Below are positions 39,325-51,062 of a stretch of DNA of 64,000 nt, piece by piece. Made by a program: the position numbers and the translations under genes. The notes beneath the pieces were generated by a model, which saw only the letters and a program-made list of their open reading frames with translations, was not told the DNA's origin and did not search any database. Location: NCBI RefSeq assembly GCF_036321535.1, contig NC_087436.1:71054001-71118000 (forward strand), written 5' to 3'. Numbering within the stretch: position 1 is the first letter of the stretch; every line of letters starts with the position of its first letter. Origin of the DNA: Camelus dromedarius (lineage: Eukaryota).

Positions 39325-41790
39325 AAATAAGGACAGAAGACCTTCAGCTTACTTCCTCTCAGAAGTACAACAAAATCACAACTACCTACAGAACAACTGT
39401 CCGTGAAAGAGACTGAAACCCACCAGAAGACATTTACAACTTAACACACAAAGCAGGAACCACAATGAGCCCCGTAGGAGGGGTGGACTTGTGATATAAG
39501 CAAGCCTCATATCCCAGGTGGGCGACCCACAAACTGGAGAATAACTACACTGCCGAGGTTCTCCCGCAGGAGTGAGTTCTGAGCCCTGCGTCGGGCTTCC
39601 CAGTCTGGGGGTCCTGCACTAGGAAGACAAGCCCCCAGAACATTTGGTTTTGAAGGCCAGCAGGGCTTAATTTCAGGAGCCCCACAGGACTGGAGGAAAT
39701 AGAGACTTCACTCCTAAATGCGCATACAAAACCTCACTTGCACCGAGACCCACGGCAAAAGCGATAATTTGACAGAAGCATGAGCCAGACCTACCTGCTC
39801 ATTTTGGAGGGTCTCCTGGAGAGGTGAGGGGTGGCTGCGGCTCACCCCGGGGACAAAGACGCCAGCGGCAGCCATACTCGCAAGCTCCTTCCGCAGCTTG
39901 GAAGCGGTTCTGGCAGGCAACAAGGTGAGATCCGCCTTCCAGCTCATTAGTGCCAACACCTGGCCCCACCCAACTGCCTATGAGCGCCAGTGCCGGGACA
40001 CCTCAGGCCAGACAACTGATTGGGTGGAGACACAGCCCCACCCACCAGCCGACTACTTCCTGAGCCCACAGCAGCCTCTAAACAAGCTTCAGTACAAGGC
40101 CCTGCACGCCAGAGGGCCAAGACCCAGCTCCCCCCACCAGTGGGCAGGCACTGGCCCTGCCCTCCAGGAAGCCTGCACAAGCCTCTAGACCAGCTTCACC
40201 CACCAGGGGGCAGACAGCAGACCCACAAAAGCCACAGTCCTGCAGCCTCTGGAGCCAGCCCACCCACAATAGGCCAGATGCTACCCTTGGACCAGCTGGG
40301 CCCTGGCCCTGCCCACTAGTAGGCCAATGTGAGCTTCGTTACATCCCAGACCCCATATGTCATGGAGGTTCCCCCACAGGAGTGGGAGTTCTGAGCCACT
40401 TGTCAGTCTTCGCAGTCTGGGGGTCCTGCATCAGGAAGACAAGCCCCCAGAACAACTGTGTCAGGACCTATCCCCCCTCAAAGTGATCTGACACCAGTCC
40501 TGGGATCCCTGGGCCCTGCAGCTAGACTCCAGAGCCTGCCAGGAGTTTGGCACTAACCCTAGGACCTGGCTTTCTGCTGCAGCCTGTGGGCAGGCAACAG
40601 CCCTGGAGTCTTCAGGACCCCGGCTCCACCCACCAGGGAGCCAGAACGCGTTCCAAGGGTCCTAGGCTTCTGCAGCTGGCTGCCTTGTGACCAGGCCCGG
40701 CTAATCAGCAGCCACAGCATCCACACAAGGCAGGGCCTTAGGTGCCAACCTAGCCTGCCACAGCAGAAGGACCCATGCAGTCCTTTTAGGGGGAACCCCT
40801 AGAGAGGCGATGAGAGAGGAGTGCACTGCCAGGATTCAGAAGACATCTCCTATAGAGGCCCCTTCTCTGAGGTCAAGAATGTAACTAATTCATACATAAA
40901 AATACCAACAGCAACTTAGACAAAATAAGGCAGCAGAGGAACATGTTCTAGATGAAGTATAACCAAGCAGGACCCTGTGGGGCCTTCCCAGAACACACCT
41001 CTTCATATCCTCCACCTGTCTCTTATCTGTAGGGAACCTTTAGTCTTCCAGGCTTCTCTGAGTTCCAAAGAGTACACTTAATCAGAGAAGTGAGAAAATG
41101 CGAAAGAAAGGAAAACAGTCAAGCAAGACAAAATAATAATAGTTTTGCCATTAAACAGACTCAAGGACCTGTAGTTCCTCCTCAAGGGCTACAGATAATA
41201 TTCTAAGCCATGTCCAATGAGCTGTTTTGCAGAGACTGGAACCCCCACCAGGTGGAAGAAGTTAACTGTGTGCCACCCACACGCTCTTAGACCCCAGACC
41301 AGCTGGAACCAGAAGGTTGATGATGCTGACTCCCAATTACCTCACCGCCAACCAATCAGAAAAATGCCTACGAGCTGATCACGCACCCCACAACCCCGCT
41401 TCCTCGTCCTATCTTTAGAAACCTTTCCCTGAAAGCCTTCAGGGAGCTCCAGCCTTTTAAGCAGTAGCTTCCCTGGACTCTGCCTGGTGCTCTGCAATAA
41501 ATGCTGCGCTTTCCTTCACCACACCCTGGTGTCAGTAGATTGAGTTTACTGCAATGCCCCGGCAAGCAGACCCAAGTTGGGTTCAGTAACAGAAGGAACA
41601 AGATAAAACCCCAGAAGAAGAAGAACCAAGTGACGTGGAGATAGGCAAATCCATCTGAGATAGAGTTCAGAGCAATGATCGTAAAGGTGATGAAAGAACT
41701 CGGGAGAATGGATGCACAGAGAGAGAAGTTAGAGGTTTTTAACAAAGAGTTAGAAAATATAAAGAACAACCAGAGATGAAAAATACAGTA
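39325..41790 (+). mobile_element. L1 5'UTR and ORF1 N-terminus, interrupted by a solo LTR
   Basis: GC-rich 5'UTR, then ORF1-like ...AACATGTTCTAGATGAAG [LTR] GAACAAGATAAAACCCCAGAAGAA. Confidence 0.75.
40958..41591 (+). mobile_element. ERV1-class solo LTR, 634 bp
   Basis: 4-bp TSD GAAG at 40954-40957 and 41592-41595. Ends ggttcagtaaCA, with an internal AATAAA near 41496 and a CCAAT near 41352. Confidence 0.8.
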
Positions 41791-43840
41791 TTTGAGTCAT
41801 TATATGTGGATGACATGATACTATATATAGAAAACCCTAAAGTCTCCACACAAAAACTACTGGAGCTGACAAAAGAATTCAGCAAGGTAGCAGGTTACAA
41901 GATTAACATACAGAAGTCAGCTGCATTTCTTTACACTAACAATGAAGTATCAGAAAAGGAAAGTAAAGAAACAATCCCTTTTAGAATTCCATCCAAAAAA
42001 CTAAAATACTTAGGAATAAATCTGACCAAGGAAGTGAAAAACTTGTACATGGAGAACTACAAAACATTGACTAAGGAAGTTAAAAATGACTTAAAGAAAT
42101 GGAAAGCTATCCCATGTTCTTGGACTGGAAGAATTAATATTGTTTAAAATGGCCACACTGCCCAAGGCAGTCTACAGATTTAATGTGATTCCTATCAAAT
42201 TACCCAGGAAATTTTTCACAGAACTACAACAAATAATCCTAAAATTTATATGGAATCACAAAAGACCCAGAATTACCAAAGCAATACTGAAGAAAAAGAA
42301 TGAAGCTGGAGGAATAACCCTCCCAGACTTCAGACAATACTACAGAGCTACAGTAATCAAAACAGAATGGTATTGGTACAAAAACAGACATACGAATCAA
42401 TGGAACAGAATAGAGAGCCACAAAATGAACCCACAAACTTTTGGTCAATTAATCTTTGACAAAGGAGGCAAGAACATACAATAGAGTAAAGACAGTCTCT
42501 TCAGCAAATGGTGTTGGGATAATTGGACAGCTGCATGTAAATCAAAAAAGTTAGAACACTCCCTCACATCATATACAAAAATAAACTCAAAATGGCTTAA
42601 AGATTGAAACATAAGAAAAGACACTATACATCTCTTAGAAGAAAACATAGGCAACACATTATCGGACATAAATCTTAGCAATCTTCTCCTAAGGCAATCT
42701 ACCCAGGCAATAGAAATAAAAGTAAAAATAAACAAATAGGACCTAATTAAACTTACAAGATTTTTGCACAGCAAAGGAAACCATAAGCAAAATAAAAAGA
42801 CAACCTATGGAATGGGAGAAAATATTTGCAAAAGATGAGACTGACAAGGGCTTAATTTCCATAATATATAAATAGCTCATTCAACTTATGGGCAGAAAAC
42901 CTAAACAAGCAATTCTCCAATGAAGACATACAAATGGCCAATAGGCACATGAAAAAAAGCTCAATATCATTAATTATCAGAAAAATGCAAATGAAAACTA
43001 CGATAAGGTGTAACCTCACACCAGTCAGAATGGCCATCATCCAAAAGTCCACAAACAATAAACGTTGGAGAGGGTGTGGAGGAAAGGGAACCCTCCTACA
43101 CTGCTGGTGGGACTGCAGTTTGGTGCAGCCATTGTGGAAAACAGTATGGAGATTCCTCAAAAGACTAAAAATAGACTTATCATGTGACCCAGCAATCCCA
43201 CTCCTATGCATATATCCAAAGGGAACCTTAATTTGAAAAGATACATGCACCCCAGTGTTCATAGCAGCATTATTCACAATAGCCAAGACATGGAAACAAC
43301 TTAAATATCCATCAACAAATGACTGGATAAAGAAGATGTGGTATATTTATACAACGGAATACTACTCAGCCATAAGAAAGGATAAAATAATGCCATTTGC
43401 AGCAACATGGATGGACCTGGAGATTGTCATTCTAAGTGAAGTAAGCCAGAAAGAGAAAGAAAAATACCATATGATATCACTTATATGTGGAATCTAAAAA
43501 AAAAGGACAAATGAATTTATCTATAAAACAGAAACAGACTCACAGACATAGAAAACAACTTATGGCTACTGGGGTTGGGAAGGGAATGGGAATGGATAAA
43601 TTGGGGGTTCGAGATTTGCAGATATTGACTACTATATATAAAGTAGATAAACAGCAAGTTCATACTGTATAGCACAGGAAACTGTATTCAGTATCTTATA
43701 ATAACTTATGGTGAAAAAGAATATGAAAACAAATATATGTATTTTCATGTATGACTGAAGCATTATGCTGTACACCAGAAATTGATACAGCATTGTAAAC
43801 TAACTATACTTCAGTAAAAAAAATACATATAAAAAAAAAG
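41791..43840 (+). mobile_element. Relatively young L1: ORF2 from the RT YxDD motif to the C-terminus, 3'UTR and A-tail (non-functional)
   Basis: ORFs 41776-42147 ([14 protein letters not shown]), 42140-42484, 42934-43236 ([10 protein letters not shown]) and 43255-43497 are consecutive L1 ORF2p pieces broken by frameshifts and stops. Confidence 0.95.
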
Positions 43841-46800
43841 AAAATGATTAGAAAATAATAAGACTTCTTTCAAATTTTACCCAGGGGCAATGGGGAAATT
43901 AGCCTCAGATAATAAAATTAAAGGGTCAGCAGAATATAAATAAAGTTGCTTTTATGTTGCATCCCACGAGCCATGCTTGTTCAATGGAGCCATTATATTT
44001 GAACTAAACTGTCTTCATCCCACGTGCTTTGGAGATTCCAGCACCCTCTTGTCTCCCCCACCACAGTACCTCCAAGAATTCTCGGGATCTATAAGAAGCA
44101 TTCCTGTTTCTATCTCTTCATTGATTGCTGCTCTTTTCTCTCTGCCCTACTAACCCAAACATTAGAACATTTCCCTTGATAACTAAAAAATACCTCCCAC
44201 AGAGATAGTCATATTTAATAGACTTGCTGACAGTATGGAACTATAGGTAGGGAATAGTACAAAAATTAGTTTAAAATGAAATATTAGGCATGATACATTC
44301 TTGAAGGTCCTTGGCCATATCCATCCCATGGAACTGTATTCTGGTTAGTTTCCAACTCTCCAGTTGCCCACCCCACCACCCCATCCTCAGCTATGTTGCT
44401 GACCTTCACAGTCTTAGGAGACCCTCTCTGTATGTTTCCCAACTCTTCCAGTTGTTAGCTGTGGAGCCTGGGTCAGATGACTTAACGTTTTTCTATTTTT
44501 CTTTCCTTATATATTAAATCAAGATATAATTAGTAGCCATCTCCTACTAGGAAGATTAAATGGGTTGACACATATAAAGCAATTAACATTGTATCCAGCA
44601 CAGAGATGAAGTGAAAATACTCAATGGTAATTAAGCACTTAAGTTAATAAAGAATTTAAGAATAATAAAGTACTTAACTGTATCTTTGGTTATTCTATTC
44701 AACATCATTATACCCTAGAGGATAAGACTGCATCCATTTTCATACAAAGAGAACTTCTCTAAGTATTTTTCTAAATGAAACAGTTCTCACCTCAATAGAA
44801 TGTGTTACTTCCTTGAAAATAATATTATCATTCTCCCCAGGATATTTATGTAAAAATATAAAGTAAAAATATTGGTAGGAGATAGACTGAAATATTAGAT
44901 TGTGCATTTCCAGATATATGTGAATGATGTGAATGATTATTCAATTCTCTGTGCATATTGTATTTTATAGCTGAAACCTGAATTACCGTCTTTAAAATCA
45001 GAGATCCTACTCAATTTCACGACTTCATAATTTCAAGGATATAGGCAATTAAGGTACTTAATCAAAGGAGGTCTGGGACATCGAAGGTGGCTTTAGGACG
45101 CCTCTTCCTGCATTAGACGCTTACTCTGGCTCAGAATAATAGATGAGGTCTCCAAATTAGATGGATATTACCCGTCACAGCAGAGTGTTCCGCCCATGAA
45201 CGCATCACAGCAGAGTGTTTGGTCTCCATTTTACACCCCAGCTTACATGATATTTCCTAGGGAGTTACACCTCATAAATCCATAGATTTAGTATTTATTT
45301 ACTATAAGCAAGATTTACACAGGAATATCCTATTAAAGCCTTTAAATAGATAAGGCTCATCCTCTTAGAAAATACCATTACTCTACCTGGAGGTCCAATT
45401 ATGATGCCCACAAGAACACTAGTCTGAGTCATCAGCCTTCTTTTCTTTCTCTGGGGGCATCTCCTGATGTTTGGGGAGAAGCGGCTTACTGGCCAGCTGC
45501 TTTAACATCATCAATCAATTCACTCTCTGACCTCAGCTAATATTTCTTTACCACAAAATTCTGAAGTTAGTATTATTTGTCTTACCACACTCTTTAATTT
45601 TTTTAAGCAAAGAATAATGTTCCTAATACCTTGATGACCACCAAGATTCGAACTGCCCAGTGAAGCATAGGAATAAAGCATGACCATGGTGACTATAGCT
45701 CTTTCAAAATCTTTTGATGTCCTTTTGCTATCTCAATTACTGTTACTGTCAATTGTGCAGTTATTTGAAACTCACACGATTTGATGGAGACAGTTAATTG
45801 AATGTGCGATTTCTAATTTCTAAAGTCAAATTCACGTCCTCCTCTAGATAATCCATTTTCACAGGTTTTATATCAGTTAGAGGCTTCAGCTCAGCTTCTT
45901 AAAACATTTCTCTATCTCAAGGAGCATCATTTGCATTGTCTGATTTTCATTTAATTATTTCAGTCAAATTTCAAACCCTCTATTACACCATTTAGCTGTG
46001 ACAGAGATTTATGTAATGTTTGGCACATGATACATTAGTAAAACTTACAGTATCACTCCAGGCAATGTGTCTTTTCTTTTGCTCACAATACAGATTAATG
46101 GGAACCCAATCTTCTTTCTCCAGAGAAAAGTTCAAGGATTCTTTCCCAATACTGGCCATTAATCAGCACCAGATCTGAAGAGGTGGTGCTTGCAAGGTTC
46201 CTCTTACCCTCTCTGATGCTTCCAAAATCTTTTTGATCCATCAGAGTGCTGGAATCTCTCCTCAACCTGGACTTTTACAAATGTTGTCTATTCTGTGGGT
46301 GTCTTCCCAATTCAGCACTCTGCAGGTTTCCCCAGACTGTGGCTATGAGGGGTTGGGGCCATTTCATGGGCTCCTGTTGGTTTCACAGCCCCTGTGAGGT
46401 CTGTCTGCCTAGTAACCAATGCACAGGTGGGTGAGACTCCTCCCAGGTCCCTTGACCTCAGTGCCGGATCCCTCAGCTCCTTCAGAGGCACTTTTGCCAT
46501 TGAACGACTGCCGATTTTAGTTGTTAGAAGGTGGTAGAAAAACGAAGGACATCTATGTTTCCATGATGTTGGTATCCGAGGATGATATATTTGAAAATGC
46601 TCTGAAAATTTAAATATTAGGCATTTTTACTGTATGTCTCATAGTTATTGCCAACGCTTCACCCCTAATTTGAGCATGTGTGCTTACAGCATTTCTGTTC
46701 TTGCTCTTTTCTGTCTCTCTCCTCTTCAATTATTTTAGCAATCTAAGTTGTCGCAACTGCTTACTAGTCACTAAATAACTGGATTACTAATTACTAAATA

Positions 46801-49512
46801 GCTGTAATACCTTTTAATGATAATCATCAGAGTTTAGTCCAACATAGGTAGAAGTAAATACCACCACCTTCCTGTCCTCAAGTCCGTCTATAAATACCTA
46901 GAAATAAAACATGAAGAACACAGTAAAATTAATATTAACAGTAATGATACAGGCAATAGGGAAAGCCCAAAGAGAGAAGGATGCCAAACATGGAGACTGC
47001 TGGCCATAGCTGACTTTGGTGTGTCTAGCAGTCCAGTAGCCAATGCTTGGTGACAATTTATTGCCTGCTTCATCCCTTTAATGGGTGTTTGATCCAAGGG
47101 TAAAGAACATAGACTCTTCTTTCAGATTCTTCATGTGATATGTGTGAAACAGTATATCTAAACCTAGCAGATTAGAGTCTCTATGAATTCTTTCCTAATT
47201 GAAATTTGGAAGACAGAACTATTTTGGGTAAAATAATACCATTACTGCTCAGTATTTAACTTATGATAGCGAATTTATAAGAAGAACTTAAGCTATGTCA
47301 TCTGGTTTTATGCTCTATAGTTGAATTCAGACAATAATACAAAAACTTTTTTTTCCAGATTGTAAAAAAATCTGGAAACAGGAAAAAAGTTGAGAAATAT
47401 AAATAAGCAAAAAAACTATGATGATGTTCAACTCTTTCTTCTCCCAGAGTAATCCATGGTTAGTGTTTTCGCAAACACAATTCCAGGAAGAAAGAATTGT
47501 AAATAACCTCGTCCCCTGACTTCTCTTGCTGAAGACATACACTCCTTTCCTACAGAAAGAACCAGAGTCTGAGGAAGTTGGGGTAATTTGGGGCCCTAAA
47601 TGGCGCTCACAAAGTTTAGCCTGTTATGTCTGTTTTCTCTCCAGAATCAAAGATGAAGAAATGGTAGAGGAGGCTCATACCAAGCATTTTATTCATTGCA
47701 TGTTTTTCCATGTAGAAATAAAGAGTATAAGACAAATTAGTGCTAAAATGGCTTATGTTTACAATTTATTTACTTAACATGTAAAATACTAACTTGTAAA
47801 GTTCAGACTTTCTGTTATTAAAAAGACATCACACATTTTTAATGAAATATTCCAAGACTATTGAATCATCCATAGATGGTAGAGTGTAAATTTGCCTTCC
47901 TGAAACTGGTATACCCAGTTTTCTTATTTCTTATACTGTTTCATCTAAGAGTGCATATGATTCACAGAGTACACTTTAAATAATTCTGGTCTTAAAGGTA
48001 TTCAATCAGGGGTAGATTTCATTTAAAGCATCTTAATTAACTTACAGAACTTTTAAGTGCCCGGTAAGAAAGATGCTAGATGCATGAACACCAAAGAGCA
48101 GTTGTCTCTGTTGTATGACATTGAGATAAGGGGGCCCCCCTAGGATCAGTCGGGACCTGGCTTTTCTCTGCCTCATGACAGTAATACTACAGGGGATGAT
48201 GTAGTTCCTAAATTCATATTATTATAAGTCAACCTAATGGCTATTACCTCATGTACGAAAATTTTACAATTGCACATCAGCAGGAATTAACAGTTAAAAT
48301 ATGACAGATTCTTTGCTTACCTCTCTGTATTGCATTTTGCATGCTGTCTTGCCAAATATAGTTATCAAGCCAATAGTAGGGATAGTGAAATCCAGGCTGG
48401 CCCCAAGACAAAATATGATTTTAGTTTATCAAAAATCTATTGGAAGAAGAGGAAAGGAGGCACTTCTGTCTCAAATAACGTGGAGTTTAAGTTAATACAC
48501 AGGAAGGTTTTGAATCCTCTTTGATCTCAAACTTCCTAACACTTTTATCTCAACAGATACCACGGATGGATATCTGCTTTGGAAATATGGGGTTGCTTTA
48601 AGCCAGGATATAAGAAAAAAATGTCTTATGTCTTATAATATATTCTACCCATATGTTTGTCAGCTCTAATTGAATCCATGGACAGATGTCTTTTATTAGT
48701 AACTCTTAGCTACCTACATTTTTCCTCATGCCGTTCTCATTTGTATTTATAGTGTTTCCTTGCCTTAGGTATAAATATCTTCACAAATTTGTATGAATGC
48801 TTTTCTTTGAAGACTTTCATTGAAATGATTTTTATCAAGCTGATAGGTATTCTCAATATCAGTTTCTGGACCCCAAAGATATTCTCAACTTGACTTTGTA
48901 TAACAGCCTGCTTCTGATTCTACACAAATTCCTGTTTTCTTCCTCTTCTCCAAGCTCTCACCCCATCCCACACTCACTTTGCTTTTCATTTTTTGTATTT
49001 ATTTGGACTTAGGAATACGAAATACAGAAAAGCAAAAGTGAATTTTAAAAATTTGAGGAAAGGGAAAAAATTAAATGGCAAAATAATAGGAGCTGTTGGG
49101 AAGAAAAATGATCCCCTTTAACTGACTTATTTCATGTTCATAACTTAATCTTGTTTATTCTTCCCTGTACCTAAGATACAAAGAGAAAACTATCCAAAGT
49201 TCAGTAGCAGAAGTGAATATACATATCTTAATCCTTATGCAGTATTGACAAAAGATAAACATGCTCCCCTAATACAATATAAATGTGTACTTGGTAAAAG
49301 ACTGGAAAATGCAAAGTGATAATGAGGTCACTATATGACCTTGCAAATTGGGATCTGACTATCTACTTGCTGAGACTCATTTCAATCTATCCTCAACAAT
49401 TCACAGTCCATGAAACTACTCCAAAAAAGTGAATATGAGAGTTCACTTGCATAAGTCCACTGTTAAATTCATTTTCATTTCAGGGCACGTATAACCTGTC
49501 AACTTTACAAGA

Positions 49513-50054
49513 CATGCAGAAAAGAGTTAACAAGCAGACTTGAGACTGCTGTCTTTAAAAAGGCCTGCTTTTGCGGTTGGCCCTGAGTTGGAGTTTGGGA
49601 ACTTAAATTCCAGACAGTTCCCTATACCAATATAAAGTTTCCTTAAATGATGCATGACTCACTAGGTATAAGCTGTTCATGCAAACAACATAGTTCATCC
49701 TGCTCACCAACTTTCCATCCAGGAGTCTGGAATTTTGACATATCTCAAAAGAAGTTGCCCACATGACCACTATTTAATTAAAAATCTGGGGAATTGAGTT
49801 TCTAAGGAGCTTCCCTGGTAGACAGCACTTCCCACGTGTTGTCAAACTCATTGCTGGAGGAACTAAGCGTATCCCGTGTGACTCCACTGAGAGGCAACTC
49901 CTGGAAGCGTGTCCCTGCTGTCCTGCAGATTTTACCCTGTGTGCCTTTTTATTTCTGATTTTGCTTTGTATCCCTTCACTGTCATACTCTGAGTCCTGTG
50001 AGGCCTTCTAGTAAATCACCAAACCTGGGAGTGTTCATGGGGACTTCTGACACA
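49513..50054 (+). mobile_element. MER68/MER21-group solo LTR
   Basis: Starts (ca)tgcagaaaagagttaac...aaggcctgc and ends gagtcctgtgag...ggggacttctgacaCA. Candidate 5-bp TSD caaga/caaca. Confidence 0.7.
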
Positions 50055-50734
50055 CAACAGTTGATTGAAATGTCTTTATTTAAGATTTATAGATTCCAAA
50101 TAAGTATTTATTGAATATATACTATGTGAATGGAATAATGCTAAATGAAACCAAGATAAGTAACCTAGACCTAGTTTAAGAAATTCTATTTTGTGGCTAT
50201 GTCAACATACAGAAGTGTATAAAGAGAATATTCAGTTTACTGAGTCAAAGAGAATAAGGAAAATCCAAGAAGCTTGTTTCAACGAGAGTTTTGAAGTTGC
50301 AGGCACTTCATTCAAATATTAGGAAAGCTCAAGTCATCTTATTTAGCATGAAAAGAACAAGTAGGTTTTGACAGATTATGACATCTGGAGGCAGGAGGAA
50401 GAGGAGTTATGGAAGGTTTCCCTTGAAACTTGCGAGTAGACGGAAGGTATGATAAAGAGGGAGATAATACAGGGTATATCAAGGAAATAAAATATAATAA
50501 TAAGTGTTCCTCGTGGCACAAAGTGGGATTTTCAAATGCTCTTGGTTAAAAGCCTAATAATTTGAATGCCTTATTTATAACTCAGTTCCACGCAAAACTT
50601 ATGGATTATTATAAAAGACCCTTCAAAATTCCATAGCATTGTAAAAGCATCTCTCTTATGTGCTTTTAAACTTATGTTCCCCTGCTTTTTAATCATGCTT
50701 TTTCTTTTCTGCCTCTTCTTTGTTCAGGTCCATC

Positions 50735-51062
50735 ATGAGTGAGAAATGGGACTCAAACTCTTCAGAAACCTGGCACCACATCTGGAGTGTCAATGCCACA
50801 AAGCATGATCTGTACGCAGACGGCAACATCACCTATGTGAGCTACTATCTCCACCAGCCTCAAGTGGCTGCAGTCTTCATTATTTCCTACTTTCTAATCT
50901 TCTTCCTGTGCATGGTGGGAAACACAGTGGTTTGCTTTATTGTAATGAGGAACAAACATATGCACACTGTCACTAATCTCTTCATCTTGAACCTGGCCAT
51001 AAGTGATTTACTAGTTGGCATATTCTGTATGCCTACCACGCTGCTGGACAATATCATAGCAG
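50735..51062 (+). CDS. NPFFR2: NPFFR2 first coding exon (N-terminus, TM1-TM2); exon starts at 50728
   Basis: A long polypyrimidine tract precedes ttcag|GTCCATCATG. It encodes MSEKWD...[12 protein letters not shown] and ends at donor GCAG|gtatgt. Confidence 0.96.

Noticed and set aside
604..40319. Numerous 60-130 aa ORFs in intron 1
   Set aside because: They lie in repeats or low-complexity DNA, many start with non-ATG codons, and none resembles a known protein family or has a supporting exon structure.
41776..43497. Reverse-transcriptase-like ORFs as a novel RT system or host gene
   Set aside because: They are ordinary LINE-1 ORF2 fragments with frameshifts and stops, followed by an L1 3'UTR and A-tail.
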